Position numbers and translations under genes: made by a program. A DNA stretch of 64,000 nt from the NCBI GenBank assembly GCA_020059605.1, contig JAGVBT010000069.1, positions 11,715-75,714 on the forward strand. The letters run 5' to 3'. This document shows, one piece after another, positions 39,201 to 48,069 of this stretch. Numbering within the stretch: the stretch's first letter is position 1; each line of letters starts with the position of its first letter. The notes beneath the pieces are model-generated. The model did not search any database. It was not told the origin of the DNA and worked only from the letters and a program-made list of their open reading frames with translations. This DNA comes from Deltaproteobacteria bacterium (lineage in GTDB: Bacteria > Desulfobacterota > BSN033 > UBA1163).

Positions 39201-39457
39201 CCCTGAATGAATTCGATATTTTCTTTGATATATTTGCTGCTGGCATGGTTAATGATATCTGGGGCTATGTCTACCCCTACCACATGGGAGGCATTCTCCG
39301 ATAAAAGCAAGCTCCCATAACCCTCGCCACAGGCCAAATCCAAAACTTTCTTCCCCGTCACAAACCGCTTACAGAAGGCATACCGATGCAAATGTTCGTA
39401 ATTCATCATGGGGTCATCATCCCAGGGCAAGAACCGCTCTCCCGTATCTTTCAGCAT
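36269..39457 (-). CDS. Multidomain protein: SAM methyltransferase - coiled coil - GT-B (TuaH-like) - GT2
   Basis: aa 1-190: [15 protein letters not shown]...VGVDI...FEAIEHIEN...[13 protein letters not shown]. aa ~248-372: heptad-rich, with the duplicated KEQEQHYT block. aa ~440-790: GT-B blocks. aa ~806-1062: [21 protein letters not shown]...[11 protein letters not shown]...FLNNDT...FEDDDF. Confidence 0.8.
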   Translation of the reverse strand: MLKDTGERFLPWDDDPMMNYEHLHRYAFCKRFVTGKKVLDLACGEGYGSLLLSENASHVVGVDIAPDIINHASSKYIKENIEFIQGSILEVPIEGERIFDVIVCFEAIEHIENHGALFKEIKRLLKNDGILVLSTPNKKVYSDEINFKNPFHIKEFYFNDLRGFLKGYFEFVWFFGQNVFSGSNISPLFSRKEVYFEESVLRKSKSGFEFTSRENKPSKYFIAIASDTNQLIETFLQGSHLIDISNSIFQKLKDHTIDHLHRELEQRDEQIQKLSEQVGILENLQKQIQQKDLELLKIEDKIQDLIEQYKEQEQHYTKEIADRNDEIHSLLSKHKEQEQHYTDEVAKRDLSVFYLKNQIVNLDTRLNAMLSTRTWRLGNFSVKLMNTVFPFIKIGPSHSNKEKEGEENRSAISQIEQGGSGNKEVPSLSASQDHNSKIARQYDVICLPIIDWFFRYQRPQQILSQFAQNGARVFYINPKFLDNQGGEFQCREIKEGIFDVAIEANPRLSIYQDPIDEVSLEKMAASLNSLREEKGIVEAITIVQLPFWQPLAQRIKEELGWKIIYDCIDEHSGFSTNDEAMLSRETLLAKGCDLLITTAQSLYEKMRHHNERCLFLPNASDFNHFSHLPPNDLLKEMKKPIIGYYGAISDWFDNELVEYLAISKKDWNFVFIGHTFGSDIARLEKISNVHFLGEKPYDQLPKYLYWFDVCIIPFKLNKLTKATNPVKFYEFMSSGKKVVSVEIPELLPYAKYLYLAKDKNDFLKNIESALHENNKNLITERIELAKKNTWEARYITLTSEIRNIYPKVSIIIVTFNNLYYTKMCIESIFLKSQYPNYEIILVDNHSEDGTQEYLHELASRHPQVQIIFNSTNEGFPKANNQGILASSGEYIIFLNNDTILTRGWITKLLRHLQDDSIGLVGPVTNFSGNESKIDVPYKELKEIEGFSEYFIRKHFLPKRFDIQVLAMYCVAMRRKLIDEVGLLDERFQIGMFEDDDFAHRIRLKRYRVVCAEDVFIHHFGEVSFNKLKETGEYRKIFNENKRRFEEKWGFPWQPHRYREIKT

Positions 39458-40953
39458 AGAACTTCCCTCATTTCTTCCATCGGGTCAGCCGTTAAAGAGA
39501 ATATTTTGCTGAGGGCGATGGTTAGTTCAGCCAGAGGCCATGATTGGCCTGATAGGTCAATGGGATTTTTTTCAAAGGGGTCCTTATTTAAGTCGTACAC
39601 TTCGAACTTTTTGGCATGGGTAATGTATTCTCTTAAAAATTCATGAAATACCTCCCCCTTCGATAACTCTCCTTCATACAGAAGCCCAGCCAAGACAGGA
39701 AACCTTCCGGGTTCTTCGAAGACATTCAACAAATTCCTCCGGAGGGTTTTCACAAAATCCAGAGGATTCGAATCAAAGACAGTTCCATCCAAACAATTTT
39801 CTGGGTTTCCATAGAGGAGGAATTTCTTGTTGCAAACTCTTATGCCTCTTTGCCACAAAAGATATTCGTCACTGACCGCCTCAAACAGACTCTTTCCCCG
39901 CCAGGTTTCACAATAGGCAAGAAACAAGGGGTTGGTTTCATTCTGACGGAGAAGAGAAGGCGCTAAACTATTCCCATCCGTTTTGAAATCCTTTTCCAAT
40001 CTATCCTGGAGAATTAATTCGATGAGCGTTGGGAATAGGTCCACAGTTGTGATCTGGTGATCTCTTAGGCTGTGTCCCCATTCAGGATGAAAAACCATAA
40101 GGGGGACCCGGATGACATCGTCGAACAATTCCCCCGCATGGGCAAAAAAAGAAGGGTCCTCGGAAATCACCCTTCCTTCCCCATGGTCTGAGAAAACAAA
40201 AATTAAGGAATCTTTTAATAAACCCAAGCAGTCCAGACTGTTGATGAACCGTCTAAATCTTCCTTGATCAAATTTGGTTACTCCCTTGACATAGAGGGGG
40301 AGGAGAAAATCGACACTGGGATGGACTTTTGTCCACATGTTGTTCCATGAATCATAAGGATTATTTATAGAAGGGGGACCCACTAATTTTAACTTTTTAT
40401 ACAAACCCTCCATCATTTCATAATAGTCATCATTACAACCCTTCAATGCCCCATATTCTGAAAAGAGAAATGGAGCGTGAACATCAAAGAAATGGACAAA
40501 GAGGAAGATGTGTTCCTCCTTGATCTGGTCCAAAAAGGATAAAAGGCCGTGGTCATCCCTCATAAAGAGGTGAGTAAACCCCCGATCTAAGTTCATCGGT
40601 TTAAAAAGGTGTTCGGTATCCGTAGCCAGAATGGTGTGATACCCGTGCGCTCGAAATACTTCTGCTAATGTGATGGCCTCTCTTTTGAGTTGACTATTAA
40701 AAAAAGTCCTTACGCCATGTTTCGGCGGGTAGAGGCCTGTCAGGATACTCGCATGGGAAGCAGTGGTGTAAGTATTGGTGCTTATCGCCTGCGTAAAACA
40801 GGTGCTCTTTTCTGCCAGATGATCCAGCGTTGGAGTTTCAAGATACTTCAGGACATCATGTTTTATTAGTTCTCTTTTGTCCGGCTGGTAGCCAATACAA
40901 TCGTATCGTAGATTGTCTATGGAGATCAAGATGATGTGTTTAACGTTCTTCAT
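39451..40953 (-). CDS. Cytoplasmic alkaline-phosphatase-superfamily enzyme (sulfatase/NPP-like, Thr in the nucleophile position)
   Basis: No signal peptide. [42 protein letters not shown] and VFSDHGEG are metal/nucleophile blocks. The CxPxR formylglycine motif is absent. Confidence 0.75.
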   Translation of the reverse strand: MKNVKHIILISIDNLRYDCIGYQPDKRELIKHDVLKYLETPTLDHLAEKSTCFTQAISTNTYTTASHASILTGLYPPKHGVRTFFNSQLKREAITLAEVFRAHGYHTILATDTEHLFKPMNLDRGFTHLFMRDDHGLLSFLDQIKEEHIFLFVHFFDVHAPFLFSEYGALKGCNDDYYEMMEGLYKKLKLVGPPSINNPYDSWNNMWTKVHPSVDFLLPLYVKGVTKFDQGRFRRFINSLDCLGLLKDSLIFVFSDHGEGRVISEDPSFFAHAGELFDDVIRVPLMVFHPEWGHSLRDHQITTVDLFPTLIELILQDRLEKDFKTDGNSLAPSLLRQNETNPLFLAYCETWRGKSLFEAVSDEYLLWQRGIRVCNKKFLLYGNPENCLDGTVFDSNPLDFVKTLRRNLLNVFEEPGRFPVLAGLLYEGELSKGEVFHEFLREYITHAKKFEVYDLNKDPFEKNPIDLSGQSWPLAELTIALSKIFSLTADPMEEMREVLC

Positions 40954-43109
40954 GCAAGGTACCCCAGGTCCTTTAATCGCTTCATCAGTTCCTCTTTTTC
41001 TTCATCCTCACGGTCGAGCTTGGAAGATTTTGGTCTCGTGTCATTGATACCTGGTTCCCCTCGCATGCCTTGAAATTGGTTACCATCTAAGGAAAGGTAT
41101 GGAATCTGATAAGTTCTTATGTAATCCCATAGGTCTTGTTCTGTAAAATGTGACAGAGGACAAATTCTTATCAGACCATTCCACTCATCGCAAGATCCCT
41201 CTCCTTCCCTAACCTCCTGGGCATCCAGCTTGCCCGCTACCATACATGCCTTGATCTTATATCTTTGAATGACCTTTTTTAAGGTTTTTTCATCCTTGAG
41301 GATGATCAGGTAAAGACCCCAATTTTGGGCCAAGGTATCACGAAATTCATAAACCTCTTTGGCTTCATTCAAGGTATCGAGATGAAACACCCTGAAGGGG
41401 ATTATTTCATGAAAGGTCTTTTTGATAAGATAAAGCAAAGCCGCTGTCTCTTTTTCCCTGGTGAAGAACACGCCGATATTCCATTTTCCGAATCTTTCCA
41501 AGGCATCTTTAATAATTTCGATGCTTTTTTCCGTTTTATCTCGAAGATTGTTGGTTGGCTGTTCTTTTAGTTCCCCCATTGGGGATAGCGCTAAGGGTGA
41601 ATGGTTACTTTCCAATAACTCACCTTTATTCAAATTTATAATTCTACCATAATAATAAGAAAACTCAACAGTGAGCAACGGGTCGGTTGTGGGATCTAAT
41701 GGATACATCTCGTCAGGGTCTTCCTTGAGCTGGAAGATCGAGAACTGTTTTCGGTTTTTGAACCATTCCGATTCCAAAAAAAGATTGAACACTTCCTTTT
41801 TAGAAGAACCATTTTCAAGGCGGTTTAAAAGTTTTTTATAGAGTGGATTTTTTTGGGGATCGAATGGGAAATATAAAAGACCCCTGAAAACAGCCTTCAA
41901 AAAATCTTCGTTCTCTAAATTGAAAACCCTCCCTTCGAGGAAATCTTCAGGCCTACCATAGACTAAATATTTTTTTTCTTCCGTTCTGACGCCCCTTTGC
42001 CACAGGAACCAATTCTCTTCAGAAAGGGGGTTATCCGGATAGGACATCCAAACCTCACTGTAGGCTTCCCGGTCCCCTGCCTCTTCACCCATGATTGTCG
42101 GCAAGAGTGTTTTCCCATCGAGGTAATAAGGGAGGTTGTCCTGCCACTTCTCAATTCCGGCCATCTCTAAAACCGTAGGAAACAAAGAGACCAGTGAAAC
42201 CTGGTCATCGATCGTTTCGGGCTTTAGATCCGGGTGCCTAAGGATCAAGGGGACCCTAATCACACTGTCGTGCAAAGACCCGGCATGCCCAAAATATGGG
42301 GACGAAGGTTCCTGGCTCTTTCCTTCCCCATGGTCGGAGAAGATGACGATCAGGGCATCCTCTGTGAGATGAAGTTCCCCCATTTTTTGAAAAAAGTGGC
42401 GAAATCGACCTTGATCGAATTTGCTTACCCCCTTTACATACAAGGGAAACAGGGTATGCATGTCGAATGCATATTTCTCGCAGAGGAGATTCCAGGCCTC
42501 ATAGTGTTTTCCTTCGGTCTTGATAGATTCGATATCGATATCCTCTCCTGTTTGTTCGTAAAGGTTCCGAAGATGTTCGTAAAAATCGTCATTATACCCC
42601 GGATGGATTTCATAATCTGAGTGGAGAAACGGGCAGTGAACATCCATGAAGTGAACCAACAGGAACATCCTTTTATCCCTGATTTGTTCCAGTAGAGAAA
42701 AGAGGCCATTATCGTTTGCCGTTTTAAAAACATGGTTAAACCCCCGCATTAAACCCGGGGACTTAAATAAGATTCCGTTATCAGAAGATAAGACTGTCTC
42801 AAATCCAAATTCTTTGAGGAGAGTTGGCATCGTGAGAGCCCGATCATCGAGGATAGATGGGCCGTGAAGCCTCACCTTATGCCTCGGGGGATAGAGGCCA
42901 GTTAAAACGCTCGCATGAGAAGCCATGGTATAGGTGCTGGTACTTATCGCCCGTGTAAAACATACACCTTTTTCGGCTATCCTATCCAGGGTAGAAGTGT
43001 TTAAATATTTTAAGCAATCAAATTTTATTAACTCTCGTTTGTCCGGTTGGTAGCCTATACAATCATACCTTAGGTTATCTATGGAGATTAGAATAATGTG
43101 TTTTGGCAC
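40950..43109 (-). CDS. Fusion protein: alkaline-phosphatase-superfamily domain + CysD/PAPS-reductase-like domain
   Basis: GTG start. aa 1-470 are paralogous to 39451-40953 ([30 protein letters not shown]). aa ~525-719: [20 protein letters not shown]...[20 protein letters not shown]...[16 protein letters not shown]...LKDLGYLA. Confidence 0.75.
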   Translation of the reverse strand: [719 protein letters not shown]

Positions 43110-43248
43110 AAGAATCTTTCTTTATTTTGTCAGGTTGTTTAATTGGCTTTTTTATTGCCCTCTTTTACCTTTAGATAAGGAAAACGTATAATATTACAAT
43201 TAAAACGTCAATAGCAATAAATTGAATTAAAATCAGGGTGGTTTTTTC

Positions 43249-43277
43249 TTGACTTACTGCTTCTTTTTTTGTAAATT
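43249..43277 (+). promoter_or_regulatory. Candidate sigma70 promoter, TTGACT-17 nt-TAAATT, for the 43354-49395 operon
   Basis: Seen directly in the A+T-rich divergent intergenic region. A TGAGGAG RBS lies at 43338-43344, 9 nt before ATG 43354. Confidence 0.4.
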
Positions 43278-43353
43278 CAACCCCATCCCAATGCGAGTTC
43301 TTATGACTTTCGCTTGAGCAAACCTCGTCACTTCGATTGAGGAGACATATTAG

Positions 43354-45072
43354 ATGGTCGGGGATATTTTCGCTCCGAAACGAATCTGCGGACACGAGTT
43401 CTTCCTCCCTGTTATGGTCTTTTCGCTTTTTGTTCTGATCAAGTATCTAACTCTATTCAGCATTAATTTTGGACCTATCCTTTTTTTCGACGAACTCCTC
43501 TATAAGGAGCTGGCCCTCAAATTAGTTACAGAGCCGTTAAAAAACGGATATCCTTCAACTCATTTCCCGTTTGTCTATCCGTTGTTTCTTTCCCCCGCTT
43601 TTCTCTTCTCAGATTTTTACTCTGTGATGAAGATATTAAATATCTTGTATTCTTCGGCCATCGTATTTCCAGTCTGGATGATTGCCCGCCTTTTCAAACT
43701 CGGTCACACTGAAAGTGTTATAGTCATCGTGCTGGCCAGCCTCCTACCGTATCAGGTTGCACTTTCTCCAATGATCATGAGCGAGCTGTTATTTTTTCCT
43801 CTTTTGTATTTTGCCATTTACTTAACCCTGCAGATGCCAGCCCGGCGTCGTATCGCCTTTGCTTATCTCACAGGAATATTCATCGGCCTCCTGGTTGAAA
43901 CTCGTTATATCGCGATTCCCCTTGTGCCATCGTTTCTTTTTGTCTTTTCGCTGAAATTATTAGAGAAAAGCCACGGGGAAGCCAGGCATGATAAATTCAA
44001 ACAGCTCTTTTCCCTTCTCTTGGGTTTTGCTACGGTTTATCTGCCAAGATTAGGCGTGGGTTTGTTGTTAGGACATAAGATATTTTCCGTCGTCGGTTTC
44101 GCAACTCATAAAGTCATGGTGGAAACCGATCTAAACCGAATCCTGTTGTTTCACACATTTTATGTCTCATACATCATCTTGTCCTTTGCGCCTTACCTTT
44201 TCTGGTTGTTATTCTTTGGATCTAAATATCTTGCTCCTCCATGGACTTCTCCTGAGAAGCGTTTGTTTATTTTGATTATGGCCATCACAGCAACTCTTGT
44301 ATCCGTTGCATCCTGGCATTCGGCTAAAGCTTATTATAACACTCCCGATCTAAAGTATATGATTGGTCGATATGTTTTCTTCTCACTTCCTCTCGTCATT
44401 GTTTTTACCTTTGCAGGCCTGAAAAACTCTTGCGTGGTCAAGAGAAAAGGCACTGCCCTTTCTATCGGATCTTTATGGTTATCTGCTCTTACTTCAACGC
44501 TGCTGATCATGTTCTCGTATAAAATCCTTTTTGAAAACTATTTAATAGACCTCCCGGGTTACTTTGTAATGAGCCATATTTCCCCGGACGGAACAGCGTG
44601 GAGGCTGTTAAAATATCCTTATATGTATACCGTCTTGGGGGTGATTGTGCTTTATGCGCTGTATGTCACTGTAAAATGGCCCCCCAAAGCTTTGCCCTGG
44701 CTTGTATTTATCGTAACGGTATCTCTCTGCTTATGGGGGAACAAAGTTCTCTATAAACAGACGGTAGAATACAAGCGACGGGCGATTCACGCCTACTACC
44801 TGGCAGAAGGAGCAAAGGCATTTTTTAAACGAACAGGTATCGTTCCCGACATCTATTCGATAAAATTTCCCCACAGCTTTATTGAGCACTCTTTCAAGTT
44901 CTGGGAGGCTCCGATCAACAAAGTGATATTTCTTGGGGAAGAAACACAGTTTACATCGCCCGGGGTTTTACTGGATACAAAACAAGCCGCACATTATCCG
45001 CTGGTCCATAGCTACCAAACGGGTGGGAAACAATATTTTATCCAGCACATCATTGAGCGGGAGAACCGGTAA
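43354..45072 (+). CDS. GT-C / PMT_2-like membrane glycosyltransferase
   Basis: 572 aa and about 13 hydrophobic segments. First-loop PILFFDELLYKELALKL. Confidence 0.55.
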   Translation: MVGDIFAPKRICGHEFFLPVMVFSLFVLIKYLTLFSINFGPILFFDELLYKELALKLVTEPLKNGYPSTHFPFVYPLFLSPAFLFSDFYSVMKILNILYSSAIVFPVWMIARLFKLGHTESVIVIVLASLLPYQVALSPMIMSELLFFPLLYFAIYLTLQMPARRRIAFAYLTGIFIGLLVETRYIAIPLVPSFLFVFSLKLLEKSHGEARHDKFKQLFSLLLGFATVYLPRLGVGLLLGHKIFSVVGFATHKVMVETDLNRILLFHTFYVSYIILSFAPYLFWLLFFGSKYLAPPWTSPEKRLFILIMAITATLVSVASWHSAKAYYNTPDLKYMIGRYVFFSLPLVIVFTFAGLKNSCVVKRKGTALSIGSLWLSALTSTLLIMFSYKILFENYLIDLPGYFVMSHISPDGTAWRLLKYPYMYTVLGVIVLYALYVTVKWPPKALPWLVFIVTVSLCLWGNKVLYKQTVEYKRRAIHAYYLAEGAKAFFKRTGIVPDIYSIKFPHSFIEHSFKFWEAPINKVIFLGEETQFTSPGVLLDTKQAAHYPLVHSYQTGGKQYFIQHIIERENR

Positions 45073-45079
45073 GCAAAAT

Positions 45080-46411
45080 ATGAGCTGTGAAAGTATTAGC
45101 AAAGTTATCACCAGCGGTCTTTGCACCGGATGTGGGGTTTGCACGCTGTTTCAAGAGAATTCCAGCATGATTTACACCAGTCACGGTCCGCTTCCAAGCT
45201 TTGACGCCCCCCCGCCTGAAGATGAAGTAATCTTCAAGGCCTGTCCCGGGAAAGGGATTGACTACCCGGAACTATATTTGGCTCACTATGGCAGGCTCCC
45301 TGAGAATTACCTGCTTGGACCTCTCAAAGCCGTCAGAACCGGCTATGCATGTAATCAAGATATACGATACTCGGGAGCTTCAGGCGGCGTGATGACTCAG
45401 GTCCTGATCTATTTGCTCGAGTCAAAAAGAATTGACGGGGCGATACTTGCCAAACAAGGTGTACCAACGCCACTTGAAGCTCGACCGGTCATTGCCACGA
45501 CAAGAGAGGAGATCATCAGTTGTGCTCAATCGGTTTATATTCCCATATCGATGTTGGATAAATTGAGAGATCTCGAGCCAGGCAAACGTTATGCCTTAAC
45601 TTGTCTTCCCGACCAAGCCTCATCCCTAAGATTATTACAGCAACTCAACTTTCCGGCGGCAAAACAAATCAAGTATCTCTTAGGTCCTTACACCGGAACT
45701 GCCCTTGAGCCGGAAGCGATACGCTGTTTCCTTCGCTCATTCAAAGTGAGTGACCATGACCCTGTAAGATCTCTGAAATGGAGAGCCGGCGAGTGGCCTG
45801 GATGCCTGGAAATAGCGACCCGCTCGGGCAGAACCATTCGGTCACCTAAGGTTTACTACAACTTTTTAATCCCTTTTTTCATCACTGCCGCCTCCCTCAT
45901 GTCGATGGATTTTGCGAATGAATTTTGCGATCTTTCGGTAGGGGATGCCTGGTCGCCAAAGTTTGAGAGGGAAGGGGGGGGACACTCTGTTATCATAACC
46001 CGGTCGGAGGAAATGGAAGAGATTGTTTCAGACATGGAACAAATGGGCCTTCTTGCCTTAGAAAAAATAGACCCTCTTAACGCAAGCGAGATGCACGGTC
46101 ACATGATTGACTTCAAGAAACGCGGAGGTTATATACGAAACACGCTCAGGAAAGCTTTAGGAAAGGAAGCTCCGGATTTTGGCATGAGACCCAGTCTGCT
46201 GCCCTTATCGAGAATTGCCGTCGAGCTGGTTATCTCTTGCATCTTTTGGGTTGGAAAAAGCAGGATGATTCGCGCTCTTGTTCCCTTTATACCCCAGACC
46301 CTTTTAGGCCCTGGGTTTAATTGTCTTCGCTTAACCTGGAAGACGTTAAGCAAACCAACCAAGCGAAAAGGGCTGTCAAGATTAGTGATGCTGAGAACGA
46401 ACGAATCATGA
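45080..46411 (+). CDS. Coenzyme F420 hydrogenase/dehydrogenase beta-subunit-like (FrhB/FdhB family) FeS flavoprotein
   Basis: MSCESISKVITSGLCTGCGVCTLF..., GASGGVMTQVLIYLLESKRIDGAIL, LTCLPDQASSLRLL. Start set at ATG 45080, 8 nt after the upstream TAA. The listed ORF starts at 44933. Confidence 0.7.
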   Translation: MSCESISKVITSGLCTGCGVCTLFQENSSMIYTSHGPLPSFDAPPPEDEVIFKACPGKGIDYPELYLAHYGRLPENYLLGPLKAVRTGYACNQDIRYSGASGGVMTQVLIYLLESKRIDGAILAKQGVPTPLEARPVIATTREEIISCAQSVYIPISMLDKLRDLEPGKRYALTCLPDQASSLRLLQQLNFPAAKQIKYLLGPYTGTALEPEAIRCFLRSFKVSDHDPVRSLKWRAGEWPGCLEIATRSGRTIRSPKVYYNFLIPFFITAASLMSMDFANEFCDLSVGDAWSPKFEREGGGHSVIITRSEEMEEIVSDMEQMGLLALEKIDPLNASEMHGHMIDFKKRGGYIRNTLRKALGKEAPDFGMRPSLLPLSRIAVELVISCIFWVGKSRMIRALVPFIPQTLLGPGFNCLRLTWKTLSKPTKRKGLSRLVMLRTNES

Positions 46412-48069
46412 AATTTAATTTAAGTGACATCTTTTTACAACTCAACAGATTCAGCACATTTCTTCTCCCCCGGCTGCTAACCCAAATATGTCGCGATCCT
46501 CACTCAAGAGCCTATGGTTGTTGCGATAGAAACTGGTGGCATTATAAGATGAGAGACTTCCCTTCGATCATTTTGCAGCAGGGAGGTTACAGTGTTTACT
46601 GTGGTTCTGCACTTGGTGCTTACCGCGATAGAACTTCCGAGCTGAGGGAATTGGCTCACGCGAGTTGTCTCTTCTGGCGGAAAAGAGCGGTCAAACATGG
46701 AGCTTTTGAAGAATACTATCCTTGGGAGCAGGGATATCCTCCCCTTGCTTTTTCTACGTTGGCAGTTGCTAAAAGCGTTGCTTCCAATATCGTAGAACTT
46801 GAGGAAGTTTATGATGGCCTCGCTGTGGCCGCAAAACAACTGCTCAGCAGATTTGAAGCAAAGGCAGGAAACCAGCAGTGCGCCGGCACCGCCGCATTAT
46901 GTTGGCTTCACAAGCTCATTCCTGATCTTGTGCCAAGCGACCAATTGGAACTGGTGATCCAAAAAATACTTGGGTGCCAGCATGAAGATGGCTGGTATAT
47001 GGAGTATGGCGCCTCCGATTTGGGTTATCTCTCGGTTGCCATGGACTGTCTTTGGGATGCTTTTGACGCAACGCAAGATCGCCGTTTTATCGCATCTGCA
47101 GCCAAAGCCCTTAGCTTTATCTCCCTCTTTACTGCTTTCCCCAGCCGGGGGGCGGGGATGCACAACTCAAGAAACACGGATTACATTCTTCCCTATGGAA
47201 TTTCCAGGTTTCTCAAGGACCCTGAATCAGCCGAAGCGGCAGCTAATATTTTAAGGCGAGTTTATGATCGTCTTGAAGATCCGGCTCATTTTCTTTATGC
47301 CATCGATGATCGCTATTACTGCCACTATACTGCACACTCGTTGTGCAGGGCCCTGCCTTTGATTGGCTCGGCGAAAAATCGTGAATTCAAAGCTAATGAT
47401 GAAGGGTTGGAGGACAAGTTTATTTCAAGCACCGGGCATTTTTTTAAACACAATACCCCTGGTGGAAGCAAGGTGTTAGTGAGCGGAAAGAAGGGTGGTA
47501 TTTTTTCAATCTACACCTCCGGTCAATCTCTTTCAGACTACGGTTGGTTAGTTGTGAAGGGGAAAAAGTCCTGGGTCAGTCATTGGTGGATGGATCATTG
47601 GCGAATTGAACATGGCCAGAATCGCATTAAAATAAGCGGATTCTTGACACCTCATCAAACACAATTGAGCAACCCCCAAAAGCACATGATCTTGCGATTG
47701 TTCAGTTTATGTTTGGGCAAAGGTATCATCAACTTCCTAAAAGAAAAACTCATCTTTAAGAAGGGGCGTCGGTCAGGCCCGGTTTTTGAGCGTGAAATCA
47801 ATTTCATGCCGGATGCTTTATTGGTGATCGATCGCATTGAAATCCAGAAGGGCGGCACACTTCATCGCGCGCCCCGAGTTTCGCAACGCTATGTAGCAAG
47901 CGCCAACTCTTTTCATCCAGAAGATTTAAGTTTGTCTAATGCCTGTATTCATCTCAATGAGAATAAATATCAGGAAGGAGATTTACTTATAATTGAAACG
48001 AAATATGAGTTTAGAGCACGGGGCAACGGAAAAAATGAAACTGGTTATTCAGATTCCTTGTTACAATGA
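46408..48069 (+). CDS. Conserved-looking hypothetical protein, 553 aa, function unknown
   Basis: ATGA overlap with the upstream gene at 46408-46411. No TM segments or signal peptide. Cys/Trp-rich N-terminus (YGCCDRNWWHYKMRDFPS). No family recognised by eye. Confidence 0.5.
   Translation: MKFNLSDIFLQLNRFSTFLLPRLLTQICRDPHSRAYGCCDRNWWHYKMRDFPSIILQQGGYSVYCGSALGAYRDRTSELRELAHASCLFWRKRAVKHGAFEEYYPWEQGYPPLAFSTLAVAKSVASNIVELEEVYDGLAVAAKQLLSRFEAKAGNQQCAGTAALCWLHKLIPDLVPSDQLELVIQKILGCQHEDGWYMEYGASDLGYLSVAMDCLWDAFDATQDRRFIASAAKALSFISLFTAFPSRGAGMHNSRNTDYILPYGISRFLKDPESAEAAANILRRVYDRLEDPAHFLYAIDDRYYCHYTAHSLCRALPLIGSAKNREFKANDEGLEDKFISSTGHFFKHNTPGGSKVLVSGKKGGIFSIYTSGQSLSDYGWLVVKGKKSWVSHWWMDHWRIEHGQNRIKISGFLTPHQTQLSNPQKHMILRLFSLCLGKGIINFLKEKLIFKKGRRSGPVFEREINFMPDALLVIDRIEIQKGGTLHRAPRVSQRYVASANSFHPEDLSLSNACIHLNENKYQEGDLLIIETKYEFRARGNGKNETGYSDSLLQ

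Noticed and set aside
43171-43395. 74-aa ORF on the minus strand in the divergent intergenic region.
   Set aside because: It overlaps the candidate promoter, the RBS and the first codons of the plus-strand GT-C gene. It has no RBS and no family resemblance.
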